Origin: Bilabrum cf. latius
Taxonomy: Eukaryota
DNA length: 64,000 bases
Direction: 5' to 3'
NCBI GenBank assembly: GCA_965178125.1
Contig: OZ237758.1
Location: forward strand, 806,001 to 870,000
Both the position numbers and the translations under genes were made by a program. Of this stretch, positions 1-12,943 are shown in pieces (within the stretch, counting starts at the first letter, position 1; each line of letters begins with the position of its first letter). The notes beneath the pieces are model-generated. The model ran no database searches, had not been told where the DNA came from, and saw only the letters and a list, made by a program, of their open reading frames with translations.

Positions 1-2
1 TT

Positions 3-3000
3 GCTAGAGAGGAGAGGAAGCTGGCCGCGAGGTACGTGCAGCTGGAGGAGAGGCGCCTCCTCGAGACCTCACGAGTGCTCGTTCAGGCAGCCGAGCGCGA
101 GAGGCAGCTGCTCCGATCCTCGTATTCAGAGGTTGCAACAGCCCTGACCAAGGCCAAGGAGGTGTCCCCGTCCAGGGAACTGGGCCTGTTTCAGCGCAAG
201 GCGGTCGCTAGGCTGGTCAGGGATCGGGTCGTGTCACAGCACGCCCACCTGGCGGCACTGCCTGATGACCCACGCAAGAAGGCGCAAGAGGAGCAACAGC
301 GCCGCGCAGAGGCGGCTGCGGAACTGCAGCGGGCGGCGGAGCGGCGGCAAGAAGCGCAGAGAAGCCGGTGGGCCGCCGTGGCGGGTCAGGCCGAGGCGGG
401 AGGGCGGCAGCTGTTGACCTGGCTGGAGGGAAGGGACGGCAGCTCGGCGGCAGCTGTGGCCAGTGGAGGTGTTGATGCAGGTGCTGGCGCCGATGCTGGT
501 GGCGACGGCTCTAGTACATCCCAGTCCGGACGCGCGATCGAATCTTCATCGTCACCATAGGAAACCCCGAGTGACGGCGCCGCCACAGGCTCAGCGGCCG
601 TGCTTCCAGGGAGGATGGATCACACGGCAGCGGCTCTTGCACGTGCGCTGACCGTGCGACCCTCACGCCCCGACACGTCAGTGGTCGTAGTATAGGCACG
701 CTCGTCGCACGATTCCAGCGCGCTGAATCGGAGCATGGAGGCTGTGCTTGGGCCACTGAGGGTGGCCTGTTTCGAGACATTCGTGCTGGGCAGCGACCAG
801 GTGCAGGACACTGCGCTGTCGAGCATGCACCTAGTACCTGATGGGGACACTGCGCCTGGCGTGCGATTCAGGGCCACGAGACACGCGGCTGCCACGCTGG
901 GAGTGACGCGGCAGCAGAAGCACCTGCTGCCGGATCTGCTGAAGCTGAGCGTAAAGCACCTCCGGCAAGAGGCCAGCGACAAGAAGCGCGGCGCGAAGCC
1001 CGGTGCCGGCACAGATGCTCATTCGCATCAGCTTCTCCCCCGCTTGCTCAGAGACTCCGTTCGATTGCGACTGCACATGCTCAACGAGACGGCAACATCG
1101 GCAGTGACGATGCGGCGCTAGGGTACCAGGCGTCATGCCATCGTTGTGTGCTGCGCGCTGCAGGCTCTGCTGGCTCAGGTACTGGATCAATCGAGTCCAC
1201 CGGCTGGGAAAGCCGAGGAGGAGAAGGGCACTGCCACAGAGCTGCAGTCGGAGGCGAAAGGGCTCAGAACGGCGCTGTCTGGTCTGTGGACTCGCATATT
1301 CAAAGCCACCGAGGAACCAGACGACGCAGACGCAGGCGGTACAGCTGGCCCAGACGCAGACGCTGACAGCTCGTCTTCGGCAAAAGGCAAGTCGAAGGCA
1401 AAGGGCAAAGGCAAGGCCGGCAAGACCAAGCGCGGCTCAATGGGTGGCAAGAAAGCAGCCGCTGAGGACGAAATCAAAGCAAAGGGGCAGTCGGGCAGTG
1501 CCAAGGGCAGCAAGGTGAGGAGGGGGTCGATTACGAGACCTAGGCGACTTTCCTCGGCGGTTTCCGTGGAAGGCCTAGCCAAGGAGCTGCACGGTCTCGC
1601 CGACGGCGTGTGTGCACTGGTGGCGCGAGTGAGACGACGGGCTGCTTCTGGAGGGGACGGAAGCAGCGACGATGAAGGGAATGGGGGGACCGAAGATGAT
1701 CATTCGCTGGCATCGTACTGCATCTCGCTGGAACCGCTACCTCTGGGGCTGCGATCCATTATGCTTAGCGTGTTTCTGGGCTGCACTGCCCTGGAATTGC
1801 GAGCTGCAACTGCCGTCACTGGCGTTGCACCCGCTGGTGCTTCCTCGGGAATTGCCACCCCTAGTGGAGCGTCAGGTACAGGCACGCACAACTGCATACT
1901 CGTGGAGAGTCCACATCATCGCGCTACAGACCCAGCAGCGACCGTTGCCGATGCTGCCGGCAGCAAGACTACACCTGGTGCAGATGGCAGCGATGCTGAT
2001 CCTGCAGGGCTGGCTGCAAACACGGCAGGCGATCAAGCCACTAACCAGTCACCGCCAGGTCCAGGCCGTGCCGCAGTAGGGGTTCTGCAGGCGCATCCGG
2101 ACGTCGGGCGGCTTGCCGTCGCAGGGCCAGCCCTGTCGGGGTTTGCCGTCCCCAAGGGTGTGCTGGCCGCGGAGCTTGTAGCCACAGCCAGGGCAATCGA
2201 AAGGGCGATGGGCCATCCGCTTCAGCTACTGCCAGGACTGTTGCACGCAACAAACGTTGCTGATAGCAGTGGCTCCGATGGATCCAGTTCAACCGCAGGA
2301 CCCGAAGCAGCCGCCGGTGCTGTGGCGCCCGGCCAGCAGCTCGCCACACTGCCATCCGTTGAGCAATCTGCCGCCGTGTTCCAAGGGAAAACGCCCCTGG
2401 GCGCTGTGCCTGCCGCCGGTTTCGTGGCGTCAATCAACGAAGGATCCGTGGTGGATCAAGTCGCCAAAGAGGTAGAGGAGGCTGGAGCCGATCACAGCAG
2501 CCTGGTGCCAGTGGCGGTGCAGGAAGCGGTGCCTCTCGCCACCGTGAGCGCTGCCGCTGCTGAGGCTGCTTGTGCTGCTGTGGCGGCGGCAGACACGGCG
2601 CGCGATATCTCACTCGTCATGCGTAGACTGCAGCCGCACGGTGGTGACTCGGGTGGGCCAAGTGCAGGCAGTTTCGCCGTCTATGAACTCCGGGAGGCGT
2701 GGCGGGATGCGGTAGAGAAGGAGGAGCAGAAGCACCCAGACGTGGACGGTGCTTTGGCAGGCACCATGGTCCGCAAGGGTGCAGCGCACGGTGGCGAAGG
2801 ACACGGCGCGGTCAAGGGTCTCGAGGGTGAGGACTGGTCCGCCACGTCCATCGCCGCCAAGTTCGGAGCCAAGCTGAGGAAGAGGGCCAAGAGCAGCAAG
2901 ATGAAGAAAAGGAAATCAGAGGAGGAGGAGCAGGCTGCGAGGCAGGCAGATGCTGCTGGTCAGAGGACAGCAGGCAAGAAGGGTGGTGGTGACGAGGGCA

Positions 3001-6000
3001 ATGACGATGCACCTGGGGCAGCAGCAGTGCCCGAAACACCGGAGATGCGACGCTCCAGAGAGCAGTGGAGGAGCGTGGCTCTGCTGACTGCCCGTCTGCA
3101 GCAGTCCGTTGCCCAGTTTGGGAGTGCTGTCTCACTGCTGTCTGGCTGGGCTTCTGACTCGGAATCGCAATGCACGACCCGCGCACGGTCGCACGCATCC
3201 ACCGCGATGCAGGTTCTCGCCGACGCGATCATGCAACTTGGCGGTCTGCCAGCGGAAGACGCCGGACGCACAACTACCGGTGCCACTAAGCCGTCCGCCG
3301 ATGGGTCCGCCCAGGATGGAGTCACTCCAGAATCGCTCCAGGGTCACTTGTTCGCAGCCATCGGATCTGTATCTGCCCGGGCATTGCACGCACAAGTGGA
3401 AAAGGAGTCCATGTCAGGTCCCATGGGGCAGCTTCCGCCGTCAAAGGCCGTGCTGCAGCCATTGCAGCTCGCTGGGCTGGTGGGAAGGCAGCTCGCCGGC
3501 GCGTTGGAAGACCTTGTCCTGGCCGTTGGCGCATCGCACGCCGCAGCTAGTGGAAGTGCAGGCTCGGCGGCCTCGGCAGCGACTTGGCTTAGAGGTGGAT
3601 TTCGGTGGCGTGCGCGACAGTGCATCGGAGACAGTGCGGAAGCGTGCATGGCTCGCGCTCACGCAGCGCAGGAGGAAAAGCAGCAGAGCCAGGTAGGGGA
3701 GGCTGGCGCAGGAATGGGTGCGCAAGGGCCCGCGAGTGCAGGTGCTAGTCCAGCCACTGCCACCTCCGGTGGGGCCGCCTAGCAGGGCAGTGACGAAGGT
3801 GGCGAGCTGGACGATGCGGATGAGGAAGAAGAGGAGCCTCCATCGCTGGATGAGATCGTTAGTGCTCTCGCCCAGCTGCCCTCTATTGCCCTGCTAGACG
3901 ATCCAGCGATAGTGACTAGTAGCTCGCATGCGCCTGCTGAGGAGTCTGCCAGCTCCGGCGCTGGCGCTGGCGCTAGTCCTGATGCGTCGGCGCCATCTGC
4001 AGCCGGTGGAGGTGTCAACTTGCTTGCGCTGCAGTCTCTGGGGCCTCGTGATCGCGCGGCCGAAGCTCTGGACTCTCACGTTGCAGATGCCATCCGAGCC
4101 GGCATGGACGTGGTAGCAGATGAGGCCAGAGATGCGTATGCCAAGCAGCTGCAGCTGTGGCGCAGGGTGGAGCGGCAGCACGGGTTCGGCATGCGCTTTG
4201 AGATTGTGGGGGACGTGCGCACCGGTCTAGAGCGAGCGTTGGCGGCTGGCGCCGGTGCTGGTGCCGGTGCTGGCGATGGTGAGAGGCAAAGGCAAGAGGC
4301 AGAAGGGAGCGCGGGTGCGGATGGCAGTGGCAGCGAATCGTCGGGATTCGGTGGAGAGGGTGCAGGGAACGGTAGTGCGGGCGATGCCGGGGAAGAGGAT
4401 GCGTCTGAAACTAGGGTACAGCAGCTCGACGCACTGGTCGGCAGGCTCGTGCGTGCAGGGGCTCTGCCACACGACCTGAACATTTCAGTCGCGGTCCCAG
4501 GGAGGGCCGAGGTCGTGGCTCTGTCTGACGCCGGAGCAGCCGTCTTCAGCAGCCTGTCGCTGCTGCTCGCGCGGCTCCGCGCGTCGACTCGGGCCAACCT
4601 TCGGTTGGGCGGATGGGATAGCAGTTCCATAGACACGAGCCCAAGAGGTCACGCCGTGGCGCAAGAGCCCGGTTCGTACCCCTGGCAGTGGATACCCGCG
4701 ATACACAGGTCCGCAGTTATGGTAGCTAGCGAAGTATCGCTGCCGGGGGACAGCGCGGCTGTTGATGCAGGTGCCGTGCAAGGCACAACCGAGGGGCTGG
4801 ATTCCATCGACCGTTCTGCATCTGCTGCCGCCCTGGCCATAGCAAACTCTTCGAGCGTAGCTCTACCTGTATCCACGCCTGTCTTGCAGCGACTGGGCGG
4901 TCTCTTGCTAGGCTCTAGTTTCGTCGGGCGAGGTACCGGCACTGGAGTGGCGGCACCGCCCGAGCTCCCGCTGGGTGTCTTTGGACCATTGAGCCAAGAA
5001 TCCACCCGTGGGCCAGAAAGCGTGCTCATCCGATGCCCATTGCCGCGACACTCAAGCGAGGCGGTCTCACAAGGGGTGCACAAAGTGGTCGGGCGCTGCA
5101 TCGAGGTACTCGCAGCCGGAATGGCGCCGTCAGATGCCGACAGGTTGGTGGGCAGGCTGCCAAGAGAACCAGCCATGATTGCGGCTGCCAGGCACGGATC
5201 ATTGTTTGGGGGAACACCGGGGTCGGCTGCCACTCCTGGAGCGCCTGCTTCCGCGAAACCGCCGCAGTCACCAGGCCGTGCGCCACAGGCAGCGGGCGGG
5301 GCCAACACGACGGGTGGGCAAACCCGCGGTGGTGCTCCGGCAGCCGCACCCGGCCGGGATGGAACCGGCACTGGCGCGGCTAGCGGCGGCATGTTTGCTC
5401 GATTCACGGCATTTGCCCAGAACGTGATCGCTTCCGCCACCACAGAGTCGGGCGGGGACGCACAGCAGCAGCACGCAGGTCAAGCGGGGGCGGCCCAACG
5501 GGGGGCTGCAGGGGCTTCTGCTGCTGCTGCTGCTGCTGCTGCAGGTGGCAGCGGTCGTGGTTCTAGCAGACCGCGTGAGATGAGGCGGCTGGGCACCCGG
5601 GCCAGTGCAGCTGTGCTCCTTACGATGCTTGCCCGGGTGAACGACATCGTGGGCCTGCGAGACAGGCTGCCTCTGCTGCTTGAGGCTCTGGCAGCTTCCA
5701 ACGGGACCTCTGCTTCAGAGACACATAGCAATGAAGGTGGTGACGGTCATCATGCTGTAGGATACATGCCGCTGCTATTGTCCACAACTGTGGCAGGCAA
5801 CGCGCAAAAGAAATCCTCGGCCCACGGCCTGTCAGTGCCACCGTCCAATGCTACCGGACTGGTTAAGAACCTCTTCGGATCCACGCATGCCCGTCTAAGC
5901 CGTGCTGCGGCTGCGCTGTGCGGTTTTATCGCCGTGCACCTCGTGTTCGTGCAAGTGGGTGAGCTGGCTCGGCGGCTGTACGTGCCCGACCCGTCGTCTC

Positions 6001-6665
6001 CTGAAAGGCGGCTGGCAGCACTGGTGGGTCGGGTCGCAGGCAGCATCAGCCTTGTGCGGCACAGAGTGGCAAGAGTAGCCGTGGATGCGTTCTTGTTCCG
6101 ATCCATGGAGTCTGTTCTTGAAGCCTGGTGCCGTGCGGTGCTGTTCCCGCCACCATCGGCCAAGCCGCTTGAACCGGGCTTCGCCTACATGCTTCGGCAG
6201 GATCTAGACTGCGTGAAGGGGGCTTTCAGCGCCGAGGAAGTGGTGCCGGGATCTGTCAGTGATGGTGGTAGCAGGCAAGGCTTGCCGCCGCGCATCGTTG
6301 CAGGCATGGTGTAGCAGCTGCAGGCGCTTGTGACTTCGTCTGTTGCCCTGGATGCCGGCAAGCTGGCTGATGCGTACATGGCAGCGAGAGAGACAGCGCG
6401 CCGGGACGCGCATGCGGGCAAGGAGGCTGGGTCGGATGGCATTGGCGTGATGCTTGAGGATGCTGCGGAGGACGAGGCGATGTTGCTGGGGATGCCGTCT
6501 CTGCGCAGCTTCCGCGCAGTGTCAGCGGGACGATCTTCGCAGACTTCGTTTGCTCTGGTGCTGCTGCGACGCGGCGAGGCTGAGGCCCGTCGTTTCGTGA
6601 CTTCTGCGAAATTGGCGGAAGATGTGTACGGGTCATTCGTGCGCGGGGCTGCCAAGTAGGGCTGA
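3..6665 (+). CDS. Large Munc13/unc-13 homology (MUN/MHD, PATROL1-like) protein, 5'-truncated by the window; needs TAG read as sense
   Basis: ORFs 36-560, 735-1121, 1146-3782, 3912-6314 and 6330-6659 share one frame, separated only by TAG (558, 693, 1119, 3780, 6312, 6657). First TGA at 6663-6665. C-terminal motifs (HLVFVQV..LYVPDP, MESVLEAW..VL, RQDLDCVKGAF..GLP, VLLRRGEAEARRFV) resemble the MHD2 region of plant-type unc-13 homologues (recalled, not searched). Confidence 0.6.
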
Positions 6666-6860
6666 TTGCTGGTGGATATGGTTGGATCTGGAGCTGATTC
6701 ATCCGGAATCCAGGGGATCCAGATTCCGGATTGCATGGCAAGTTCGGCAGTTGTTGCGCAGGTAATCCATGGATGGTGATTAACTTTGACGGTAACCGAG
6801 AGAAAATATAACAACAATCAATATTCTAGTCGATAAATACGTTAGAAACGCTTCACCCCA

Positions 6861-7687
6861 TCAGTTGCCTGCCCCAATGGAGCCAGGTGGAGGCGGTGCA
6901 GAGGATGGTCCAGTGTCAGGCTGATGCGAGTGTCCTGGAGGCTTGCTTTGTCCACCTTGCTGCTGGTTGGCAGCTGCTGGCAGCACGTTAGGCCCAGGCA
7001 CAACCGGTGCGATCCCACTCTGCATCGGCGTCTGAGCCGGGCCCACCATGCCCGAAGGAGATGAGTGCGACCTCGGAAGCGCTGCCACCGGCACAGGGGG
7101 TCCTATCTGTCCGGTCGATGGCTGCAGCAAGGGGGCCTGGGACGGCTGCCCCCACAGCGGGACCGGGCCGTGAGGAGTCATCACCATGTACATTTGCATG
7201 CCCATCGGCATGCCCGGCGGGAGTCCGACTGGCATGGGCGGAATCGTTCCAACGCCGGCAGCAAATGGCGCTGAAGATCCCGAGGCGGCGATGGCACTCG
7301 ACGCGCTGGTGCTAGTTGGTACGGTCCCGCCGGGCACTGGCACAGACCCCATCGCTGCGGGGCTGCCCGCCGCTGTTGCCAACACCTCGACAGCGGCTGC
7401 CGCGTCGCGAGCTGACGTCTGCATGCTGCTTGGAGGAGCAGCTGAGCCACCTGCACCACCTGCTGAGCTAGCTGGGGGCAGCGCGTACAAATAAGAGGCG
7501 GCCTGCCCCGGTGCCCCCGCATGCTGTGTGATACCATTGGCAGCAGTCTACCGTGACATTGGGACCATCCCAGCGCTGGGCGGGAACTACCGCATGGGCT
7601 GCGACTGATACATCGATGCATAGGCATTCTGAAGAGGGGCTGATCCGACAGGGACCATGTACGGCCCTCCTCCAGGGTACGGTGGCA

Positions 7688-7733
<46 letters not shown>

Positions 7734-10700
7734 TCCAGGTGGAATGGACGTGCCAAACGAAGACTGCTATTGCTGCTGGTCGGCAGCCGCACCCGCAGCC
7801 GCGAGAGCCTACAACCCGGCAAACGCGGATGAACCGGAGAACGAGCCTCCCCCCATCGCAGTGTCCTCCTGCACCCGCGCTCGCTTGGACGGCGGCCCCA
7901 GGTCAGACAGAGCCAGCTCCGGCAGGTCAGCGGCCACCTCTGTCATTCGGTCGCTCCTGAAACCACGGACAGTCTGCCCGCTGCACAGCCGCAGCACCAC
8001 GTTCGCCACCTCGTACTTGTTCCCTGTGGCTTCCAGCAGGCTCCTGCAACGGAAGAGGATCTCCGTGCTTGACCTGTCCTTCCTGATCTGGTGCGTGGCC
8101 AGCTTCCTCGTGGCGGCCCTCCACTCTGCGATCCTCCATGGCCTCACACCTTTGCTCCTGAGGACGCGGTTGTTGAACGCCAGCAGGAAGTGCCCCTGGG
8201 CAGTCGAGGTCTCCAGCTGCAGGCCATCGCCGTAGGTCCTCCGTGCCGCGAACGTGATCACCTCAGTGAGATATCCCGTGTCTCCTCGGACTCTGCGGTT
8301 ACTGCCGCGCTTCCGGCTGACCTGCTGGGTGCTACCGAGCCTGCCGCGGGTCCGCATGTGACCAGCGGCACTTCCTGCCGTCGCATCTGTCGCGCTGCCC
8401 GTGCTCCCGGCATCGCTGCTGATATCCTGGTAGGCCCCTGGTATGCGCTGGTGCACACCGTCGAGGCCTCCGGCGAGGGTGCCTCCTGCCCCGCTGGCAC
8501 CCATGCCAGACCACACCGAGGAGTTGCTCCCCGCAGCCAGCATGGAGGAGGGTGCGGTGCCTGCCCTCATTGCCGCGTCTGTCGCAGTGCTCGCAGCAGA
8601 GCCTGCCGCCGAGTTGGCGGACGAAGCCCCCTCCGTGCCAAAGACCGCACTGGCACCGTTCTGCACATTTGGTCCACCGATTGAGGCGGCACCCGGGCCC
8701 GTTGCAGGCAGCACGTGGTGGTATTGCGCCGAGGCACCCAGTGCAGGGCGTTTGGAGGCTGCCGCACGCCGCGCGGGCTGCGGGACTGTACCAGCCCCAG
8801 TCGCAGTCGACGTCGCATCGGCTGACAGCTGCGGGGCTTCCGCTGCAGGCGATGACGACGACGATGGCAGCTGCTGAGCTTGAGGTGTCTGCCCGCTGCT
8901 AGCTGCCCGGACGTCTAGATCGGTTGCGCTGCCATCTGTGTCCGATTCCATCACCGATTGCCCTCCCAGGCTGACTCTCACCTTGAGCTTCTGCTTCTTG
9001 TTCGGTTCTGCATCGCTCGTGTCGGGATCGTCGACGGGCCCGCCGTTCGTTTCGTCGTCACTGTTGTTCGGGCTAGTGTCATCTCCGCCGTTGGCACCGC
9101 CTGCCGGGGCTGAGCCCTGGCTGCTCCCCACCTGCGCACTGGCTCGGGTGCGCCTCGTGGAACGGCCCTGATCTCCCTTGCCGGACCCACCCGCATCGTT
9201 CGAAGTGGACTGCCCATTTGATGACGACCCGCCGCCCGTTCTGCTTGACCCACCTGCACGAGCTAGGGCTGCGCGGAGATCGTCGGGATGCACGCCAGCG
9301 CCCCCCAATGGAGCCGAGCCAGTGTTCAACGTCCCCGCAAGTGCCCTCGTCCGGCCGGCTGCATCCCTGTCCTTGCTGTATCTGGGCCCACCAAGCGGAC
9401 TGGTGTCCATGTCAGCTGCAAGGCTGCTGCGTACTGCAGAACAACCGTTCTGCAGGTGCTGGGCAGCGTTTTCCGATGAGGCACGGCGGATTGGTTCGTT
9501 CTGCTGCTGCGGGGTCCCAGCCCGCAGCTGACTGTTTAGCAACAGCTCCTGCTGCAGCTTCCGCTAACTGCGTTCCTTGCGGAGCAGCGCGCCCTGCATT
9601 GCCAGCTGCTGGGGCATGATGTACGGCGGAACAGGCGCGTGCATCGGTGCCACCATCCCAGCGAGTGAGGCGTGGCCAGTCATGCCCACCGAGTTGGCAG
9701 CCATAGTGGGCTGCACCACGCGATACGTCTGCATGTGCTGCACTTGAGCCTGCAAGTCAGCCAGGCTCATGCTACCGTATGCAGTAGCCCCGGCTGCAAC
9801 TGCCAAACGTGGGCTCTGCCACTGAGGGCCCACCCAACGGCCGGCATGCATGCCAAACGACATGGGATGGTTAAGTACGAATGGAGAGTACCCCCCCGCG
9901 TGCAGGCCACTGGGGAACACAAATTGCGACGATGTTGGCCTTTGGTGGGTAGGGCCGGCCTTTGCGTTTCCTCGTGGTTCTCCAGCCGCAACAGGAAGGC
10001 GGTACTGGTACTCTTTGATCGCACTTCCTGTGTGCTTTGCAGGCTACTTGCCCTGCTTCTTGGCAGCAACTGCTGCAACTGCAGCTGCCAGTTTGCTGGG
10101 CACTGGTAGCCTCAGCGACTGGCCTGCGACAGGTTTAACGGGATGGGCAACCGGCTCCATGGGCTTGGAGGCTCCTGCGTGCTGATGGGCTGGCGTTGGA
10201 TCCGTATCGTTGCCTTCGCGTTTCCGAGACACGGACACCGCCGGGCGGGCCGAGCCAACGCTGGCAGGCTCTGGCACACTGTTCGTGCGCTGCGGTGTCG
10301 CCAGCGGGTCCTGCTCCTCCTCTCTTGCCGTGGCCTTGGCAGCTTGTTGGCCTTGCTCTCCTGCTGTCCCAAACGAGCCGCTACCGGTCGCCACTGTCGG
10401 AAAGTGCCCAAGCCTGAAGGCAGGGCCCTTCCGCCGCCGGCTGCCTTTCGGTGCGATCCCAGCAGGGGTTTCTATCCTACCGCTTCCCCCTGAAGGCCCC
10501 TTGGCCTTGTGCCCGGACCGGCCCTTTCCGCCCGGCAGGTCCTCCCGCGTGCCTGGCAATAGCAGAGAGCCCTTCGCCCGCGCCTAGGCCTGTGCCGCAA
10601 TGCGAGCGGTGGGGTCACTGGGCATCCCCGATGCGTTTGAATGCTGCAGTGACATGAGCCGCACCATCGTGGATGCCTGGTAGCCTGCCTATCGGGCCAT

Positions 10701-11616
10701 GGGACTATCCGTGCCCCTGGATCCCCCTTCGACCTCTCTCTGCAGAGACACCCCGTTGAAGCCTGGACCGACCAGAACAACGGAAGAGGTCCCGTCGCTG
10801 GAGTCTCCAGACTCCGAGGTGGTGTCGAGAAGGTCCACCTGCTCCATGGCCCGCCGCGCCCGGGCCCGCCTCGTCTCCCTCTTGCCGCCGTACTGCAGCG
10901 TTTGCCAGCGCTGGGCGGAGGGCGACGAGATGCGGCGGCCCTTGGGTGCCCCGACAGGGCGGCTCTTGGGACTCTGAGCGGGCTTCGACCTGGCCGGCAT
11001 GGTTCGGGAGGCGGGACGTGTTGTCACGCTTCTGCTCGGAGGTGCCATACCGCCCTTGCCCTTGCCGCGTACCCTGCGCTGGCCCTTGCCCTTGCCCTTG
11101 CCTTTGCCCTTGCCGGTCCGAGCCGCCCTGCCCCATGACTTGCCCTTGCCCTTGCCACCGCGAGGCCTGCCAGCATCCGACCCGCTCGAGTCCTCGGAAT
11201 CCGAGCCCGATCCCGATGCAAATTCATCACTAGAGCTCTCGTCCTTCATGGCTGCGCCCCCGCTTCCGTGCCTTGCACTTGCCCCGACAAGGGGCCCTCT
11301 GGCTAGGCGCTCGGCGGCCGGGGCCAGCTCGATGCCACTGAGCTCGCGCTGCTTCCTGCTGATAGGCTCGTTCGAGAGAGGGACGGCCCGCGGTGACTTT
11401 CCGCTGCCAGAGGCGACGCCCACCTCTGCTGCTGCCTCTCTCCTCCACCCGTCCAGCAGGGCACCAACGGTCGGCGGAAGGCCGGCATCGGCGTCCAGGC
11501 TCTGCAGCCAGGCGGGTCGCTGCCTCGCTGCGTGCCTCCAGTGGTACGTGTAGCAGGCGTCGTTGAGCTCCCCTGGATCGGTCTTCGCTGTTTCCCGGAT
11601 CTTTGCCTTGGCTGCC

Positions 11617-11650
<34 letters not shown>

Positions 11651-12674
11651 AGGGTGTACCAGCGGCGGCAGAGGGCTGGCTCGGGTGCAGCGGACCTCCA
11701 GGCTGCAGCAGCAGATGCATCCACCTCTTGCGGAACACCAGATCCCCGTGCAAGTCGCTCATCGAGGCTTCTTCTGCTCTCCAATCGGACATTCCACCGC
11801 TCTTGCTTGCGCTGCTAGTGGCCCCTGAGGCCCGAGCCCTGCTGGCAAGGACGTCGGAAGCCTCCGTCTGGCTGTCCTCGTCGCTATCACTAGACACAAC
11901 CGCAGGGGGCGACGGACAAATGCTAGTAGATGCCGATCCCATGGCTGCATCATTTAGCGACCGGGATTTGCCAGCTAGGGGCTTGGAGGCCCCTGACGTG
12001 CCGGGAGATCTTGCGCTGCCTTTCTGTCCTCGCAAGGAGCGCTTGAGCGCTGCACGAACCCTGTTCGACTCATCGACCGCTCTATGGCGTCGACGGCTAC
12101 GAGAAATTGATGCGCTCGATTTGGCATGGCCATTCTACGCCCACCTATCGATGCTCCAGAGCTCCAAGACCTCGTGCGTGTGCTTTAGCTGCGGTTCCAC
12201 TTTGGCAGCGTTGCCCTCGACTCTTTGCTGGGAATCAAACCATTCTCGATATCCATCATATGCAGAAGAGTAGACCTGACCGGTAGCCGCAAACTAGGCA
12301 GCTTGCTTGGCCCGGATATGCCGCGGACAGAACTCGATCGTGAATAAGAGACAGCACTGCTCGCACACATCTCTTGAGCACCCCTTGTCTTTTGGCCGAG
12401 AGCACCATGGGTTCAAGCACGATCCATTTCGACCTGAGCCGGTCATTGCTTTCGACACTGCACGGTGTTTACCTGCGACGCTGGAGCGAGCAGATGCCGC
12501 TGCACCTCGGCTGGCCCGCTTCCCCGTGCTCTTGCCTCCAGGGGACAGCTTTTGGCTGACTGCACGGGAAGATACACTACTATCACCCATTCGACTCTAT
12601 TGGTGATCCAGCGGTAGCTGCCAGAGCACGCCTCCGCCTGCCGCTACCGGGTCGGCCAGCGAGTGGACTGACAT
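6861..12674 (-). CDS. ~1940-aa low-complexity protein with an N-terminal Cys/His cluster and polyQ/polyS tracts; function unknown
   Basis: Seven listed ORFs lie in one minus frame from ATG 12674 to TGA 6861-6863, broken only by TAG (7548, 7809, 9564, 10044, 10584, 10689, 11649, 12135, 12294, 12597). Confidence 0.75.
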
Positions 12675-12943
12675 GCTCACTCCAGCTTCACGCTGTTTTG
12701 ATCGATTCATCACGAACGAAAATGTAACAAGATCAAACTAACAATAAACAAAAACTCAAATCAGCGGAGTTGTACAGAATACGCACCGACAAGAGCTGTA
12801 AAATTGGCCAGGAAACAAAGTGTCGAGTCGTCGACCGCTGTGTATACCAGACGGATGGATTGCGACACGTTACTTTAAATGTAACGTGTAAATACGCTTT
12901 AAAGCTGTTGGCGCCAGTTGAGCCACGGATAACTGTTGCAAAC
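12675..12943. promoter_or_regulatory. Short AT-richer divergent promoter region with an inverted repeat
   Basis: 269 bp between head-to-head ATGs (12674 minus, 12944 plus). Perfect 9-bp arms ACACGTTAC-N7-GTAACGTGT at 12865-12889. Confidence 0.5.

Noticed and set aside
7690-7731. (CAG)14 as a second polyQ tract supporting the code
   Set aside because: In the gene's frame it reads AGC repeats (poly-Ser).
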